DNA of 64,000 nucleotides. Source: Eledone cirrhosa. Taxonomy: Eukaryota. Positions 1 through 13,000 of the stretch are shown piece by piece (within the stretch, counting starts at the first letter, position 1; each line of letters opens with the position of its first letter). A program made the position numbers and the translations under genes. The stretch is from positions 310,434,001 to 310,498,000 of the forward strand of contig OZ024743.1 in assembly GCA_964016885.1 (NCBI GenBank). The letters run 5' to 3'. The notes below the pieces were generated by a model. That model saw nothing but the letters and a program-made list of their open reading frames with translations. It had not been told where the DNA came from and made no database searches.

Positions 1-1019
1 CTATGACAATCGGGATCACTTTGACTTCATGGCAGTTCCAAATCCTTTTTACCTCCCACTTTAAGTCCTGGTTCGGTTAATTTTCTCCCTCTCCTTCTCT
101 TGCACTCTCGTGTCGAATGGGCAGGCCACATCCACAATCAGGCACGATCTTTTTTCTTTGTCCAAAACCACCAGGTCAGGTCTATTGTGTTCCAGTTTCT
201 TGTCCGTCTGTATCCTAAAATCCCACAGCACCTTCACCTGATCGTTTTCTATCACCGCATCTGGCTTATGCTCATACCACTTCTCAGAATGTGGTAAATT
301 GTTTTCTTTGCATAGGTGCCAGTGGATCACCCTGCCCATCACATCATGTCTCCAGCCCTTATAGTGAGCCTGGGCTAGGTGTTTACACTCGGATACAATG
401 TGAGCCACAGTCTCCTCTCTCTCTCCACAGATCCTGCACAGTGTAGCCTTTTTAAGGTCTCCTCTTTTCAACCAGTTCCATGTCTGTGGATCTCTAAATT
501 CAGTTTTCTCAAAGAAGGTACTATGAAGGGATTTTTTCTTGAAGGCTGCTCTTTCTCCTTGATGTTTTTTCCTCCTTGGACATCCCCTGGCCTATTGTCC
601 CCTCCTTCAGTACAGTTCTAAGCATTGGCTCCTTACTATCAGTCACGTATTTGTGTAGGTTGTTTTTCTCCATCTGAACACAGTCCTCTATGCTGATAAG
701 ACGTCTTCCACCTTCAGATCTCCTTAAGTAGAGTCTATCGACATCACTCCTCTTGTGGAACATATTGTAGATAGTCAATAGCTTCCTAGTCTTCCTATCC
801 ATTTCTTTTTGTTCAGCAACATTCCATCTCAGAATTCCCGCACTGTACCTAATAATAGACACAGCTCGGGAATTTACTGCACTTATGGCATTCCTACTGT
901 TCAGGTGTGACTTTAATACGCTCCTTACTCTCCGAAGGTATTAAGTTCTTATCAATTCCTTCATTTTTTTGTTCTTGATGTCATCAGCCTCCAGAACGCC
1001 CAAATACTTGTATCCTTCC
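1..1019 (-). mobile_element. R4/Dong-like RLE non-LTR retrotransposon, 5'-truncated 3' part (family D1), frameshifted
   Basis: ORFs 521-862 and 61-471: post-RT region (YSAGILRW, DRKTRKLLT, DVDRLYLRRSEGGR), CCHC finger CRICGEREETVAHIVSEC, RHD motif, RLE PD..D (RPDLVVLD..IVDVACP). Abuts (TAT)n at 1020. Confidence 0.9.

Positions 1020-1070
<51 letters not shown>
1020..1070. repeat. (TAT)n microsatellite between head-to-head LINEs
   Basis: Perfect triplet run seen directly. Confidence 0.97.
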
Positions 1071-1288
1071 GTGCGACCTACGTAGTAAATTGTATCATCG
1101 GGAGCTCCGCAAAGGTTTGTTATTTTCAGTTGTTCAAAATTACCATTCATGGGAAATTTTATTGTTAACTGTATATAAGTGCACATACATTGTTATCTGA
1201 AAAGGACACCCAAAAAGATTGGGGCCTTGAGCCCAAAATTCAAACTTTTTATAATTATCAAACAAAAAAAGATTTTCTTTGAAAAATC

Positions 1289-3218
1289 ATGGCCGACTCA
1301 GTAGCTGAGAACCTTCCTCACAAAATAACACCTCACACCGACACCACCATTGTAAATATTACTACGTTTGCCAACACTAAAAATATAAGCAGTAGCAATA
1401 TTATAAATTTGTCTCAGGCAGACATTCATTTCCCGCCATTACCAATGAATGCAGGTGTTAAAGCCGCCACCACCACCACCACCACCACCGCGACAACAGA
1501 AACAAAAGAAAAAAATAAATTAACTCGTGATATCGAAATGAATTCAACCAAAATGAACTCTTCCACACCGAACACCACTGACGCCACCACCACCACAACT
1601 GAAACTAAAATTGATAATAACAAAAATAACGATAACAACAACAGCAACAATGACATTAAGAAAACCACCCTGAGTTTTGCCAGAGTAGCAAAACAGTGTG
1701 AAGCATTTCAGGTAAGTCAGGAGGAATTAGAAAAAGCCAAAAAATGGTAAAGAAAGATGGGTACAGGGTCAGCCTCAAACCCCACCTAATAAAATGGAGC
1801 ATCGGCGCCTATGCACCGTGTCTTATCGAACAATTAATATAAAATCGCGCCGAGTGGAACGGGCATCCGAGTCCCAAATCCAAAAAGCTTTGGGACATGT
1901 GTGGGCCAAAAAGAAAACCCACATCAGACGTGGGCAGAAGTATGGAACCGTAGACGTGTTCTTTGAAACACCACAGGAGGCTAGAGAACACTCTATGGCC
2001 CCATTAAGAAGTGACGACTTCACACTCGTCCCAAGCTATTGTGGCCAGAGACTCGTAAAGATCAGGGTCACCCACGTTCCACCGGCCATCAAAATTCCTT
2101 GGCTAATAGCTGCCGTCCTCGCCGGCATCGAAGCCAACACCAAGATAATAGAAATAGCGAAAGAAAAGCAGGAGAACTGGTCCGGATCTGAGATGGAGCT
2201 CCTGATCCAAGCGGACCACAAAAGCATTGAGGAGATCCCAGAGGTAATAGACCTCACTGCCGGCAGCCACCTCACCGTAATTGTCGAGGGCAAAAGGCCT
2301 AGGTGTGTCGTTTGTGGTGAAGGAACCCACCTAAGGGATTTCTGCCCTCAGGCAAAAAGGATGAGGCCACATCTCATACCCACCCCAGTGACTCAACCAT
2401 CAACACCACCAGCAGCAGAGATGGCAGCAACAACTGTAGCAGCAACAACAGAAGCAACTGTAACAGCAACAACCCCAGCAACAGTAGCAAAACCAACACC
2501 ACCACCACCCAACGCGCCAGAACTAGGACCAGCGCCTACACCATCGACCACGCCACAACCAAAACTAACGCCTGTGGAGGATTTTCCACTCCCTGGCCTA
2601 TCACAACTGGAGACAGATTGTGACGACGAGGAGCGGGAAACGGTATCAGGAAAAAAGAAAAAAAGAAACCAAAAATGAAAAAAATCTCTTCCTTCCCACT
2701 CCAAAAACAAAATACAGAGAGAAACAAATAAACTATCAAATAAAAAAGTTAGGACAGACATGCCACCATCCACACCAGCATCACCAACCCCATCAACCCA
2801 AACACCAACACCATCACCATCATTATCCCCAACACCACCATCACCTACACCACAAAAGTCACCAAAATGCGAAACAGAAACAAACCCACAACAAACGCAA
2901 CGAAAACAAAACAACCAAAACGATACACACTACACAGCATTAAATTTGAACAACCAATTATTACACTACATCCAACACAACACCAGCATCACAGAACAAG
3001 ACTACACAACAACCCAAAAGTTCATACCACCTCCACACATACAAATCACTCGCATCACACAGAAAACGTACATGACACTAAAACAAAAATTCCCCAAAGA
3101 CATCGGAGACTTCCGACAAGCACTCTCCATGAGGATTTATAAGGACATCCTTCCTGAGGAGGCCACAAGCAGTGAAAAGGATGAAGAAACCGTCCTTCCT
3201 CTACGAGAAGTAAGGTAA
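1289..3218 (+). pseudogene. LINE ORF1 (gag-like, zinc knuckle), frameshifted
   Basis: ORFs 1289-1750, 1794-2678 and 2760-3218. The core QIQKALG.VW..KTHI.R..KY.TVDV.F.TP is shared with the other copies. Confidence 0.8.
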
Positions 3219-3252
3219 GTGGTCTTTCCCATCTTTTCCACTCCATTTCAAC

Positions 3253-4671
3253 ATGACCTCACTCAGAATAGGCAGCATAAATGCGCGTGGCTTGGGGTCG
3301 TCATGGAAGCGGGGCCACCTGCTTAACGACCTCAGGTCACTAAACATAGATGTAGTGGCCATCATCGAGACCAGAATCTCCGAAGCACGGGCCTTCGCAC
3401 CGATCTTCGGCGGCTACAATGTGTACGCATCTCCAAGGCGTCCGGGATCGGAGGGTGGAGTTGTTGTGCTTTTTCGGAGAGGTTTGGATCTTGCCATACG
3501 GGCATTCTTCCTGGAGACAGAAGGTAAGTTGGTGGTGCTGGACGTGACCAGCGGAGATGGGCAAGCTTTCAGGTTAGTGGCCGTCTATGCCCCGACAGGA
3601 GCAGGGCGGCCTGATTTCTTCCGGCGTCTGGAGACCTTTCTTGGAACGTCCCGCTCTTTAGTGTTAGTGGGCGACTGGAACGGGAACTTAGATGCACGCT
3701 GGGACTGTGTGGGATTAGTGGATAGGGGAGGTGGGTTCAAGAGTCTCACCAACCTGCTCAGGCGTTTTGAACTGTCTGACAGGTACCGATTGGATTTCCC
3801 GAATGTGCCAATGTGGACTTGGACAAATGGCGTAGGGTCATCCAGATCATATCTAGATAGAGTATTTTGTAGGGAAATAGATAGGTCTAGCATAGGCTGT
3901 CCACAATTCAAGATAGTCAGCTACACGGACCACAAATTCGTGATAAGTGTGCTTGACTTAGATAGGCTTCATAGACGAAGACCCGGCTACTGGAAGCTAA
4001 ACGCGTCCTTATCAGCGCGCAAGGCCTACAGAGACCGGATTAGCGAACTAGTTAAGCGAGCGTTGACGGGGGACATCGTCAACAACAAGTGGTGGTTTGC
4101 TCTGAAAAGAGCAAATAGAATAGAGTCCATTAGGTTTAGTAAGGCATTAGCAATAGAGAAAAATAGAGCAGAGGGAGAATTAGTTAGAAAATTAAACGAG
4201 GCACTTAGCAAAGGCATCGCGACCGACGTGCTTGCGGCGAAATTGGCCCTTGACCAATTCTTCAATGCAAAGCACGAAGGCTGCGTTGTCAGAGCTAGGG
4301 TGCGTGCTCTCAGACACGAGGGGACGAAAGCCGTTCAATGGGCCAGAGTGGCGGAGGCGCGTCGTGGCAACAAAGCCACGATCCTGTCTTTGGTGGACCA
4401 CGACGGGCGCATGCTACTCGATCCCGGGCAAATGTGTGAAGCTTTTCAGCGACACTTCGCACAGCTGTTCGGGGGCAGCGGCGGGCCGGATCGAAGGATG
4501 GACTTTAGTGTCTACCTCAACGGACTGCCGAGGCTCTCGGCCACTGAGGCGGAGTGTTGCGAAAAGCCGATAAGAGCCGCTGAAGTACGGGAGGCAATGA
4601 CTGGCTGCACAAGGGGTAAATCGCCTGGTTTGGATGGTGTGCTCTATGAACTTTACGTACAGATGCCATAA
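3253..4671 (+). CDS. LINE ORF2 N-terminal part: APE endonuclease plus linker (472 aa, ends before the RT core)
   Basis: APE motifs as above; stop at 4669-4671 and junction to another element at 4711. Confidence 0.85.
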   Translation: MTSLRIGSINARGLGSSWKRGHLLNDLRSLNIDVVAIIETRISEARAFAPIFGGYNVYASPRRPGSEGGVVVLFRRGLDLAIRAFFLETEGKLVVLDVTSGDGQAFRLVAVYAPTGAGRPDFFRRLETFLGTSRSLVLVGDWNGNLDARWDCVGLVDRGGGFKSLTNLLRRFELSDRYRLDFPNVPMWTWTNGVGSSRSYLDRVFCREIDRSSIGCPQFKIVSYTDHKFVISVLDLDRLHRRRPGYWKLNASLSARKAYRDRISELVKRALTGDIVNNKWWFALKRANRIESIRFSKALAIEKNRAEGELVRKLNEALSKGIATDVLAAKLALDQFFNAKHEGCVVRARVRALRHEGTKAVQWARVAEARRGNKATILSLVDHDGRMLLDPGQMCEAFQRHFAQLFGGSGGPDRRMDFSVYLNGLPRLSATEAECCEKPIRAAEVREAMTGCTRGKSPGLDGVLYELYVQMP

Positions 4672-5118
4672 TTGGACGGAGGCCTCTTGGCGGACGTCTA
4701 CTGCAACTGGGGGAGACTTCGAGTTTTTTTCAACGTTTAACCTCTTTTTCAACTGTTCTAAACCTTTTATTCAAGTTTTAAATTTGATAAAAGTTTAGAA
4801 GAACTGACCCACCTGATACAGGGGTTCACTAGTAAATAAAATAAATAATACGGCACCCCTTTACGGGGTGTCGTATTCGTATTTGTGTAAAAATCTTTTT
4901 TTTAGAAAAATTTCAACATGGATAACACAAGAAAGAGAGAGTGCGCTGTCAGACAACACAGAGAGAGGGAGACTTTATCAGCATGTCAACAAGACAGCGT
5001 TCCAGCGGAGGTAAATATAAACGAAAATATTACAAAGGAAAAAAAGATTGTTACAGATTTAAAATTAACAAATATTTCTAACACAAATAGCACCAACAAC
5101 AACACCAACAAGAACACC

Positions 5119-5227
5119 AAAAATAACAGCGGTAAAGTCGAGAACGACAATAACAAAAATAACAGCGGTAAGGTCGAGAACGACAATAACAAAAATAACA
5201 GCGGTAAGGTCGAGAACGACAATAACA
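5119..5227 (+). repeat. 36-bp minisatellite x3 in ORF1 (KNNSGKVENDNN)
   Basis: Three near-identical units visible in DNA and protein. Confidence 0.9.
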
Positions 5228-6961
5228 ATGACAATAACAACAACCTCAACAACAATAATAGTAGGAACAGTATCAACAAAAACAACAATAATAACAACAG
5301 CCACAATAACAGTAACAACAGCAACAGTATCAACGAAAACAACAACAACACCAACAACTGTACGAGCTAAAACAACAACAATGACACCGATACCTGTAAT
5401 AGCGACTTCAGCACCACCAGTAAGACCAGTAGCGGCAGCAATAGTGGTGCTGCTGAAAAAGGGACCACTTCTTTTGCAGGTGTCGCCCGAAATATCGAGA
5501 CAGCGTTAGTCACAGAGGAGGAGATGGCAGTCGCAAGGGCCATGGTGACAAGAAGCGCAAATAGAGTTTCCCTGAAACCTCCACCCGAATTTTTCAAGGA
5601 CCAGCAGCTACGGACGGTGACTTACCGCACCGTAAGCAAAATCTCACATCAAGTGGAGAGAGCCACGGAGGCTCAAATCCAAAAGGCATTGGGGTGCGTC
5701 TGGGCACGCAAAACCCACATCACCCGAGCCAGAAAGTACGCCACAGTAGACGTACTTTTCGCCACCCCCAGGAAGCAAAGTCTCACTCTTTGGAAACGCT
5801 AAAGAGTGAGGAGATAGTCTTGGTGCCCTCCTACTGCGGGCAGAAAATTGTGAGGGTCAAAGTGACCCAGGTCCCACCCGACGTGCCTATACCTTGGCTG
5901 GCCGTGTCTGTCCTTGCTGGAATTGAGAACAGGGCGACCATGCTGCAAGTAGAAAAAATAGGGAGAGAGAACTGGTCAGGTATAGGCATGCAAATGCATG
6001 TACAAACTGACCAGGAATGTATCGAGGCTATCCCCGATATCATAGACATCGAGGAAGGACTCCAACTCCCTATAAGTGTAGAAATGTTATATTTGTGGGT
6101 CGGATGGTCACCCCAGGGGCTTTTACCCGCAGAAGACAGCGAAGAGGGCCCCTCTCCTTTCAATACCTGGTCCGCTGCTACCAAGAGCAGGACAGGCAAC
6201 AAACGAAGAAGCCCCTTCCACGGTGAGTAGGAGTGCAACGTCCGTAGCACCCGTACCAAGGCCACGGATAACTAAAGCAGCATCATCAGTAGCGGCAACA
6301 CCAATAGCTACATTTGAAGTAGCTACACCAGCAACAAAATTGCCGAAGGGGGCTCCACTACCACCAGCAACAGCCGTGGAGCACAAACACCTCCCAGACG
6401 CCACAGAATCCGACATGGAGTTTGAGGCGGGAGTGAAGTGGCAAACAGTCTGCCACAAAAAACAAAAAAAACCCTTAGATTCACCCTCCAAAAGAGGGGT
6501 AAAGGCAGCAAGGAAACTTTCAGCAACACCACCACCATCACCACTACAAACACCAACAACGCAAACACAAGACACGCACCCCAAACAGCAACAAGAAGAA
6601 AACAGCAACAAAATCACCCTTTCCCCCAAAAAGTACAGAGCCATAAACATGGCAAATAAAGAACTCATAAAATATATAAAGCAGCACACAGACATCACGG
6701 AAAAAATTACTACACCCCACCAACACCAAGAACTCTCCCGACAAACATAAGCATCATCGAAATCTCAATAGAACAGTACAAACCTTTAAAACAAAAATTC
6801 CCCAACGCAGTTGGAGACTTCAGAGGGACAGTTACCAAGAGGATATACACTGACATCCTCTTGGAAACACCCATGACCAGCGAAAGGGACGGTTCTAGTG
6901 TCCCTTCACCACACGAACAAGGTAAGTGACCCTTTCTCACTTGCCCCGTTTCTCATCCAAC

Positions 6962-9900
6962 ATGGCTGTACTCAGAATAGGCAGTATAAATGCCCGTGGC
7001 CTGGGGTCATCTTGGAAGCAGGGTCACTGGCTCAATGACCTCAGGTCACTAAACATAGATGTGGTGGCTATCAGTGAAACCAGAATCTCCTACGCACGGG
7101 CCTTCGCACCGATCTTCGGCGGCTACGATGTATACGCATCTCCCAGCCGTCCAGAATCGGGGGGAGGGGTTGCCGTCCTTTTTCGGAGAGGCTTGGATCT
7201 CGCGATACGGGCCATCTTCCTGGACACAGAAGGTAAGTCGGTGGAGCTGGACGTGACCGGCAGCGAAGGCAATGCTTTCAGGCTAGTAGCCGTCTACGCC
7301 CCAACAGGGGCAGGACGGCCAGGTTTCTTCAGACGTCTAGAGACCTTTCTTGGAACGTCCTGCTCTTTAGTGTTAGTGGGCGACTGGAACGGTATCTTGG
7401 ATGCACCCTGGAATCGTGTGAGGCTAGTGGATAGGGGAGGAGGGTGCATGAGCCTCACCAACCTGCTCAGACGTTTTGAACTGTCTGACAGGTATCGACT
7501 GGATCACCCGAATGTGCCAATGTGGACATGGACAAACCGCATCGGGTCATCCAGATCGTATCTCGATAGGGTTTTCTGCAGAGAACTAGATAAGGCTAGT
7601 ATAAGTTGTCCATAATTTAAAATAGTCGACTACACAGACCACAAATTTGTGATCTGTGAGATCGACATAGACAGACTTCATAGACAAGGGTCTGGTTACT
7701 GGAAGCTGAACGCGTCTTTTCCGGTGCGCAAAGCCTACAGAGACCGGATTAGCGTATTAGTTAAGCGGGCGTTAACGGGAGCGGTCGTCAACAGGTGGTG
7801 TTTCGCCCTGAAAAGGGCAATTAAAGTAGAGTCGATTAGGTTTAGCAAAGGACTAGTGATAGAGGAAAATAGAGTAGAGGGAGAGCTAGTCAGAAAGTTA
7901 GAAGAGGCGTTTAGGACAGGCATCGCAACCGACGTGTTTGCGGCGAGATTGACACTCGACCAATTCTTCAACGCAAAACACGAACGCTGCGTTGTCAGAG
8001 CTAGAGCGCGTGCTCTGAAACACGAGGGGACAAAAGACGTCCAATGGGCCTGGGTGGCAGAGGCGCGACGTGGCAATAAAGCAACAATTCGGTCTTTGTC
8101 TGACCAAAACGGGTGCGTGATGCTCGAACCCGAGCGGATGTGGGAAGCTTTTCAGCAGCACTTTGCTGAACTGTTCGGGAGCGGCGGCGGCCCGGATCGG
8201 GACATGGACTTCGGTGCATACCTCGACGGACTGCCTCGGCTCTCGTCGACCGCAGCACAGTGTTGCGAAAAGCCAATAACAGCCGATGAAATACGGGAAG
8301 CGATGGCTAACTGCACAAGAGGTAAATCGCCAGGTTTAGATGGTCTGCCCTACGAGCTTTATGCATTTATGCCAGACTTGTTCCGTGACCTCTTGGCAGA
8401 CGTCTACTGCAACTGGCAGCAGAACGGGAGCATTCCCAGTTTTGTGAACCGGGGAGCAGTGGCGCTGCTGAGCAAAAACCCGAACAAGGGGGATGTTATT
8501 GATAATTTCTGGCCCATAACTCTGCTAAACGCAGAGTTCACGATTTTGTCCAAGGTGTTAGCAACGAGGTTGGCTCTTGTCGTCAAGGGTCTGGTGGGAG
8601 AGGCGCAGACATGCGCCATCCCGGACAGATCCATACACGACAACCTCTACCTCATTTGATACATCATAGAGAGGGTGGTTAAGGAACCTGGCAAGGGTTG
8701 GGCCCTGATCAACTTGGATCAATCCAAAGCATTCGATAGGGTCAACCATCGGTACCTGGCGGCGGTCCTCGAGGCAGCTGGTTTCGGGCCCGTTTTCAGG
8801 GATTGGATCTTAGCAATGTACAGCGACATCTGCTCAGTTGTGAGAGTGAACGGTCACCTGTCGCAGCCGTTCAGCATCATGCGCTCAGTCCGCCAGGGTT
8901 GTCCCCTCTCGTCCCTTTTGTACGTATTGGCTCTCGAGCCGTTACTGCACAAACTGGGGGCGATGAGGGGCGTCCCACGCGAACTAGGATACAGGAAATC
9001 CGAGTCAGCTTACGCTGACGACGTCACCGTGGTGGTGTCGAGCACCATAAACGTCCAGATGCTCGGCACCGCTCTCAAGGAACACGAAGCGATGACAGGA
9101 GCAAAGATAAACCAGGAAAAGTCGATCTGTGGGCTTGCAGCTCGGCACCTGGAGAGGCAAGTCCATGCCGTCCGACAGCGTCGTGGGGCGTTGGACGGAC
9201 GGACCGATTAAATTGCTCGGGGTCTGGTTCGGACCGGAACTCCAGATGGAGAAAAACTGGAACGAGGTGACGAGCAGGGTGGCCTCCCTCACCCAGAAAT
9301 GGGCTGAGAGCAAGCTGTCCCTGAAAGGCCGGGCGGAAGTGGTGAATGCGTACATCGCATCCGTCATCTGCTACCCCCTCACCGTCGTCCCTTGCTCCAG
9401 CCCAACTCTCACCAAAATGGAGTGCCTCCTCTTCCGCTTTTTGTGGAAGGGACGCGCTCCCATGGTCAGACAATCCATCTGCTGTCAACACCCGTTGCGT
9501 GGAGGACTGTGCATGCCATGGCTGAAGATGCGCAAACATGCGCTGAGGTTGCGACATCTCTGGTGCTTCCTTGACCGTGAACAAGTGTGGTCGCCGTTCG
9601 CCAGGCACGTTTTCCCACAGCTCGTCTCCTTGACGGAGCTGCAGTCCTGGGTCAGGAAAAGACCGAGGGATAGCGCTTGGAAACTGAAATGTCTCCAGGC
9701 ACTCACCGCCCTCTGCTAGCTGGGCACCAGTATCGGCGGAACATCCACGTCGGCGTTCTATAGAGGATTAGTGGAGGGGAAGAGCGACAACGTTCTCGGA
9801 GCGATCCTGGGCGTCGAAGAAGATCAGCTGTTTATTCTCTTCCGGAGAACTTTCAGCCAGGATAACTTCCAAAAATCCCTGGCCTGGCAGTGCTACCGGG

Positions 9901-10330
9901 GAGCGTTGCCGGTTCGAGATAAGCTCTACAGGCACAGAAGTGACGTCTGCCGAGCCTGTCCGAGATGCGCGCAGAGCGACGAAACCGTCGTGCACGCACT
10001 CGTTCAGTGCCTCAGCATTGCTGACTTGTGGAGCTATGTCGAACAGTTGCTGTCGCGTGCAGGACTGATCCGATTATCGACTGAGTCCATTGTGCAGATG
10101 GTCTCGCCGTCTTCCTTCGAGGAGGAAGAGCAGGAGGTTTTCATCTGCCTGGTGGCCGTGGCGAAATATATTGTGCGGTGGACAAGGTTGAAAGGGTTAA
10201 GGAGAGACACTTTCCTCTACCTCGAATCTCCGGATAATCAGTGCTGCCTTCTAGCAAGTTTGTTGAAAGGTGTGTGAATGTAGCGAGAATGGTCCAAGTG
10301 AACGGGACCTCTCTGAATATACGTCTGTAG
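6962..10330 (+). pseudogene. ORF2 APE-RT with several stops and frameshifts
   Basis: ORF pieces 6926-7615, 7649-8659, 8675-9211, 9129-9719 and 9771-10277 are collinear with an L1/Tx1 ORF2. Confidence 0.9.
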
Positions 10331-10634
10331 TCTGAGAAATGGAAAAATTGAGAGAGGGCGCTTGCCCTGGTGGTCAGGGTGACCGTGGTCTTTTGTGTGG
10401 TTTTCGCCACGAGTAACCCTCGGAGGTTTCCCCCCTATTAGGGAATTTTTAATTGTTTCGATTTTCATTTGTATTGTTTATATATATATATATGTTTCTA
10501 TGTCCTTTTTTTTCTTTTCTTATATAAATAATAAAAATCTTTACACGTACAAAACCCGCATCGTACCATCCTGTACCGTCCTGTGTCGTCTGTAATATTG
10601 TTCTTGGTGTCAGCCCTTGTGGCCAATAAAGAAA

Positions 10635-10636
<2 letters not shown>

Positions 10637-10675
<39 letters not shown>

Positions 10676-10699
10676 GGTAGTAGTAGTAGTAGTAGTAGC

Positions 10700-10765
<66 letters not shown>
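10637..10765. repeat. (ATT)n tail followed by (GTA)n
   Basis: Seen directly. Confidence 0.97.
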
Positions 10766-13000
10766 CTTATTTTTATTGCGCGTCGTCACTGCATTACCAA
10801 GCACAGCTCTATCCACCTTGCGCATGTGCAGTGTGGTTTTTCGATATGCTGTTTCTATTGTATTGGGAGCGATCTTCATAATATGTGTGCAATGACTAGT
10901 AGTGATGATTTTGGTATGCTGTATATATTTTTAACTCCTGGGGTTTTGGTTATGTTTATTCTTTTCTTTTTTCTCATTCCCAGGTACTATCTCTGTTCGC
11001 ATCAACCGCATTCGGGTAATTTATACACATAGATCTTTATATTTGGATAGTTACTCCATTTACTTGGTAGATATATGATCGTCTGTGGAGACGGTTTCTG
11101 GAAGCAGGTTTTTTTCTTTCCAGGAGTTTGGTTAGTTTCTGCGATACAATTACATTTAAAGTTTTGTATATAATCGACAGGCATGGTGTGTACCTCTAGT
11201 TTTGGAAATTTACTGTTTACTTGGGGTTTAGGGGGGGGGGGGGGGGTCTGCCCCTTAGTGAGCCAGTCAGGTGTGTTTTTCTGACCCTGTCAGTATTTCA
11301 TTAAACCTGTTTTGCAAATATACCTCGTTTCCCTGTTAAATATTTCAGCCAAACGTTGGGGATCTTGTCATGTCCCGGTGCCTTCTAGTTGTTTCCGTTT
11401 TTGAGTGTGTTACCCACATCATCTGTTGTAATATCCACTGTTGTTTAGCTTTTGTATTCATATTTCTTGCTAGTTCTGCGCGTGGTAATTTCTCGTCTCC
11501 GTCTGTCCATAATCTTCTCCTAAACTCTTCTACTTATTAATTTCCTGGTAGAGTTGTTTTGATTTGGAGTGATATGATTGATTTTGTTCAAAGATCTTTG
11601 GCGGTATTCCTATCTGCCGATTCTTTGTGACTTTGCAATTATTTGTTGTTTTACACATCCCTTAGTCTCCGGCGGTTTCTATTATATTATATTATATTTC
11701 TTTTCTTTCCTATTCACAGTTTTGTTGTTTACTTTCCTATTTCATTTAAGATTGAGAGGCATTTTCCTTTATTTTCATTCATTTTGTATCTTTCATTGCC
11801 ATGTTTTTGTGGATTTGTTGTTCTTGTTGCGTAGATCTTAGGAGGCAACCACTTTCTTTCGTAACATAACAACAGCCTGTGCTACATTTACTATGTTGTT
11901 TAGCCTTGGGTTACTACTATTTTTATTAGTTTTTATTAACCCAATGGTGACTAGATTAACTTTCTTTTTATAATTGTTGCTATTTTATTATTAGTTTTAA
12001 TCTTTGAAAGGTGCATTCTTTGGTCTTTGGGGGGATCTTCCATTGTTTGGAGTTTTGGGATTGTTTTCAGCTTTATCCTATTGTGGTCCTGAATGTCGTC
12101 TTAAGGGTTTCTTTATCTAAATAAGTGCATGGTATTAATACTTCCATTAAGTGGTATTGATAACAAGATGTGGGCAATTACTTCTTGTTTATTCTGTCTT
12201 TGTTGATTGATACATTCTAGCGGACAGCCACTTTGAAAAAAATATGAGACTTTTTCGGGTGTATTTGTACTCCACCTTTTCTCTGTGCATGAAAGCCTTA
12301 ACCCTGTTGATGTATTCTTTATTGGCTAAACCGGTACAGCCAGAGACATTGTGTTTCTTTTCCATAATCTACAACCACTTAATATATTTAACTACATAGC
12401 AGGTTTTTGCTGGTTTCTTGTTTTTGGTTTAGGTCTTGTCCCACTATTTTCAATCTCAGATTAGATTTCTGCACTTGTGAACGAGCTTTTGTATATTCAT
12501 TTCCAATTTTATTTCTGCTCACTTTTTTCAGGTTGTTTTCGTATAGTATATGTTCATACCATACATCTAGCATGCCACTCTGCTGTCACATGTTCAATTT
12601 TGTTTATAGATTTAACGCTTCTTTTTACTGTTGTTTCTCGTTTCTCCTCGTAGATGTCATTTCCGCCTCTCGTTTGTATTCGTTGGCTTCCTTGAAGACA
12701 GAAAACACTTGTTTGATATGATCACGTTTTCTACTCATTTGCATTAGATTTTCATTTTCTCTTTTACTTGATATATTGTTTTAAAATATATGTCATACTA
12801 TTCACTATTTATGTTGTTTCTTCCTTCTAAAAAACGCCTGTCATTTCCGCCTTCGGTTTGTATTTATTGGCTTCCGTGAAGACAAAGCACTTTCCATCTA
12901 CGTATTTTGTAGCTATTTTATTATTTTCATATTTTTATCTATACACTTTTACACTTATACAATAGGTGTATTATAAAAGATTTCAGTTTCATAAATTCCC
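10766..13000 (-). mobile_element. Old R4/Dong-like LINE remnant (family D2) with the RT core deleted; 5' boundary uncertain
   Basis: Minus-strand translation gives an RLE C-terminus (..KYKDL-like ~11030-11060; TPGVKNIYSIPKSSLLVIAHIL ~10880-10950) and pre-RT KAPGHDKIPNVWLK (~11345-11385) only about 200 bp apart. Confidence 0.6.

Larger units (their letters stand above)
1071..4710 (+). mobile_element. Tx1/L1-clade LINE subfamily A: 5' UTR, ORF1 and start of ORF2; 3'-truncated
   Basis: ORF1 pieces 1289-3218 with CX2CX4HX4C knuckle (CVVCGEGTHLRDFC). ORF2 from 3253 has an APE endonuclease (GSINARG, VAVYAP, GDWN, YLDRV, YTDH, YWKLN) running to KSPGLDG. The same 5' end recurs at 33080. Confidence 0.92.
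4711..10636 (+). mobile_element. Tx1/L1-clade LINE subfamily B, near full-length, decayed
   Basis: Asn-rich ORF1 4918-~6925. ORF2 from 6962: APE, RT (PITLLN, LDQSKAFDRV, RQGCPLS, YADD) and C-terminal CPRC..ETVVHALVQC. The 3' UTR ends GGCCAATAAAGAAATC plus (ATT)n. Confidence 0.93.
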
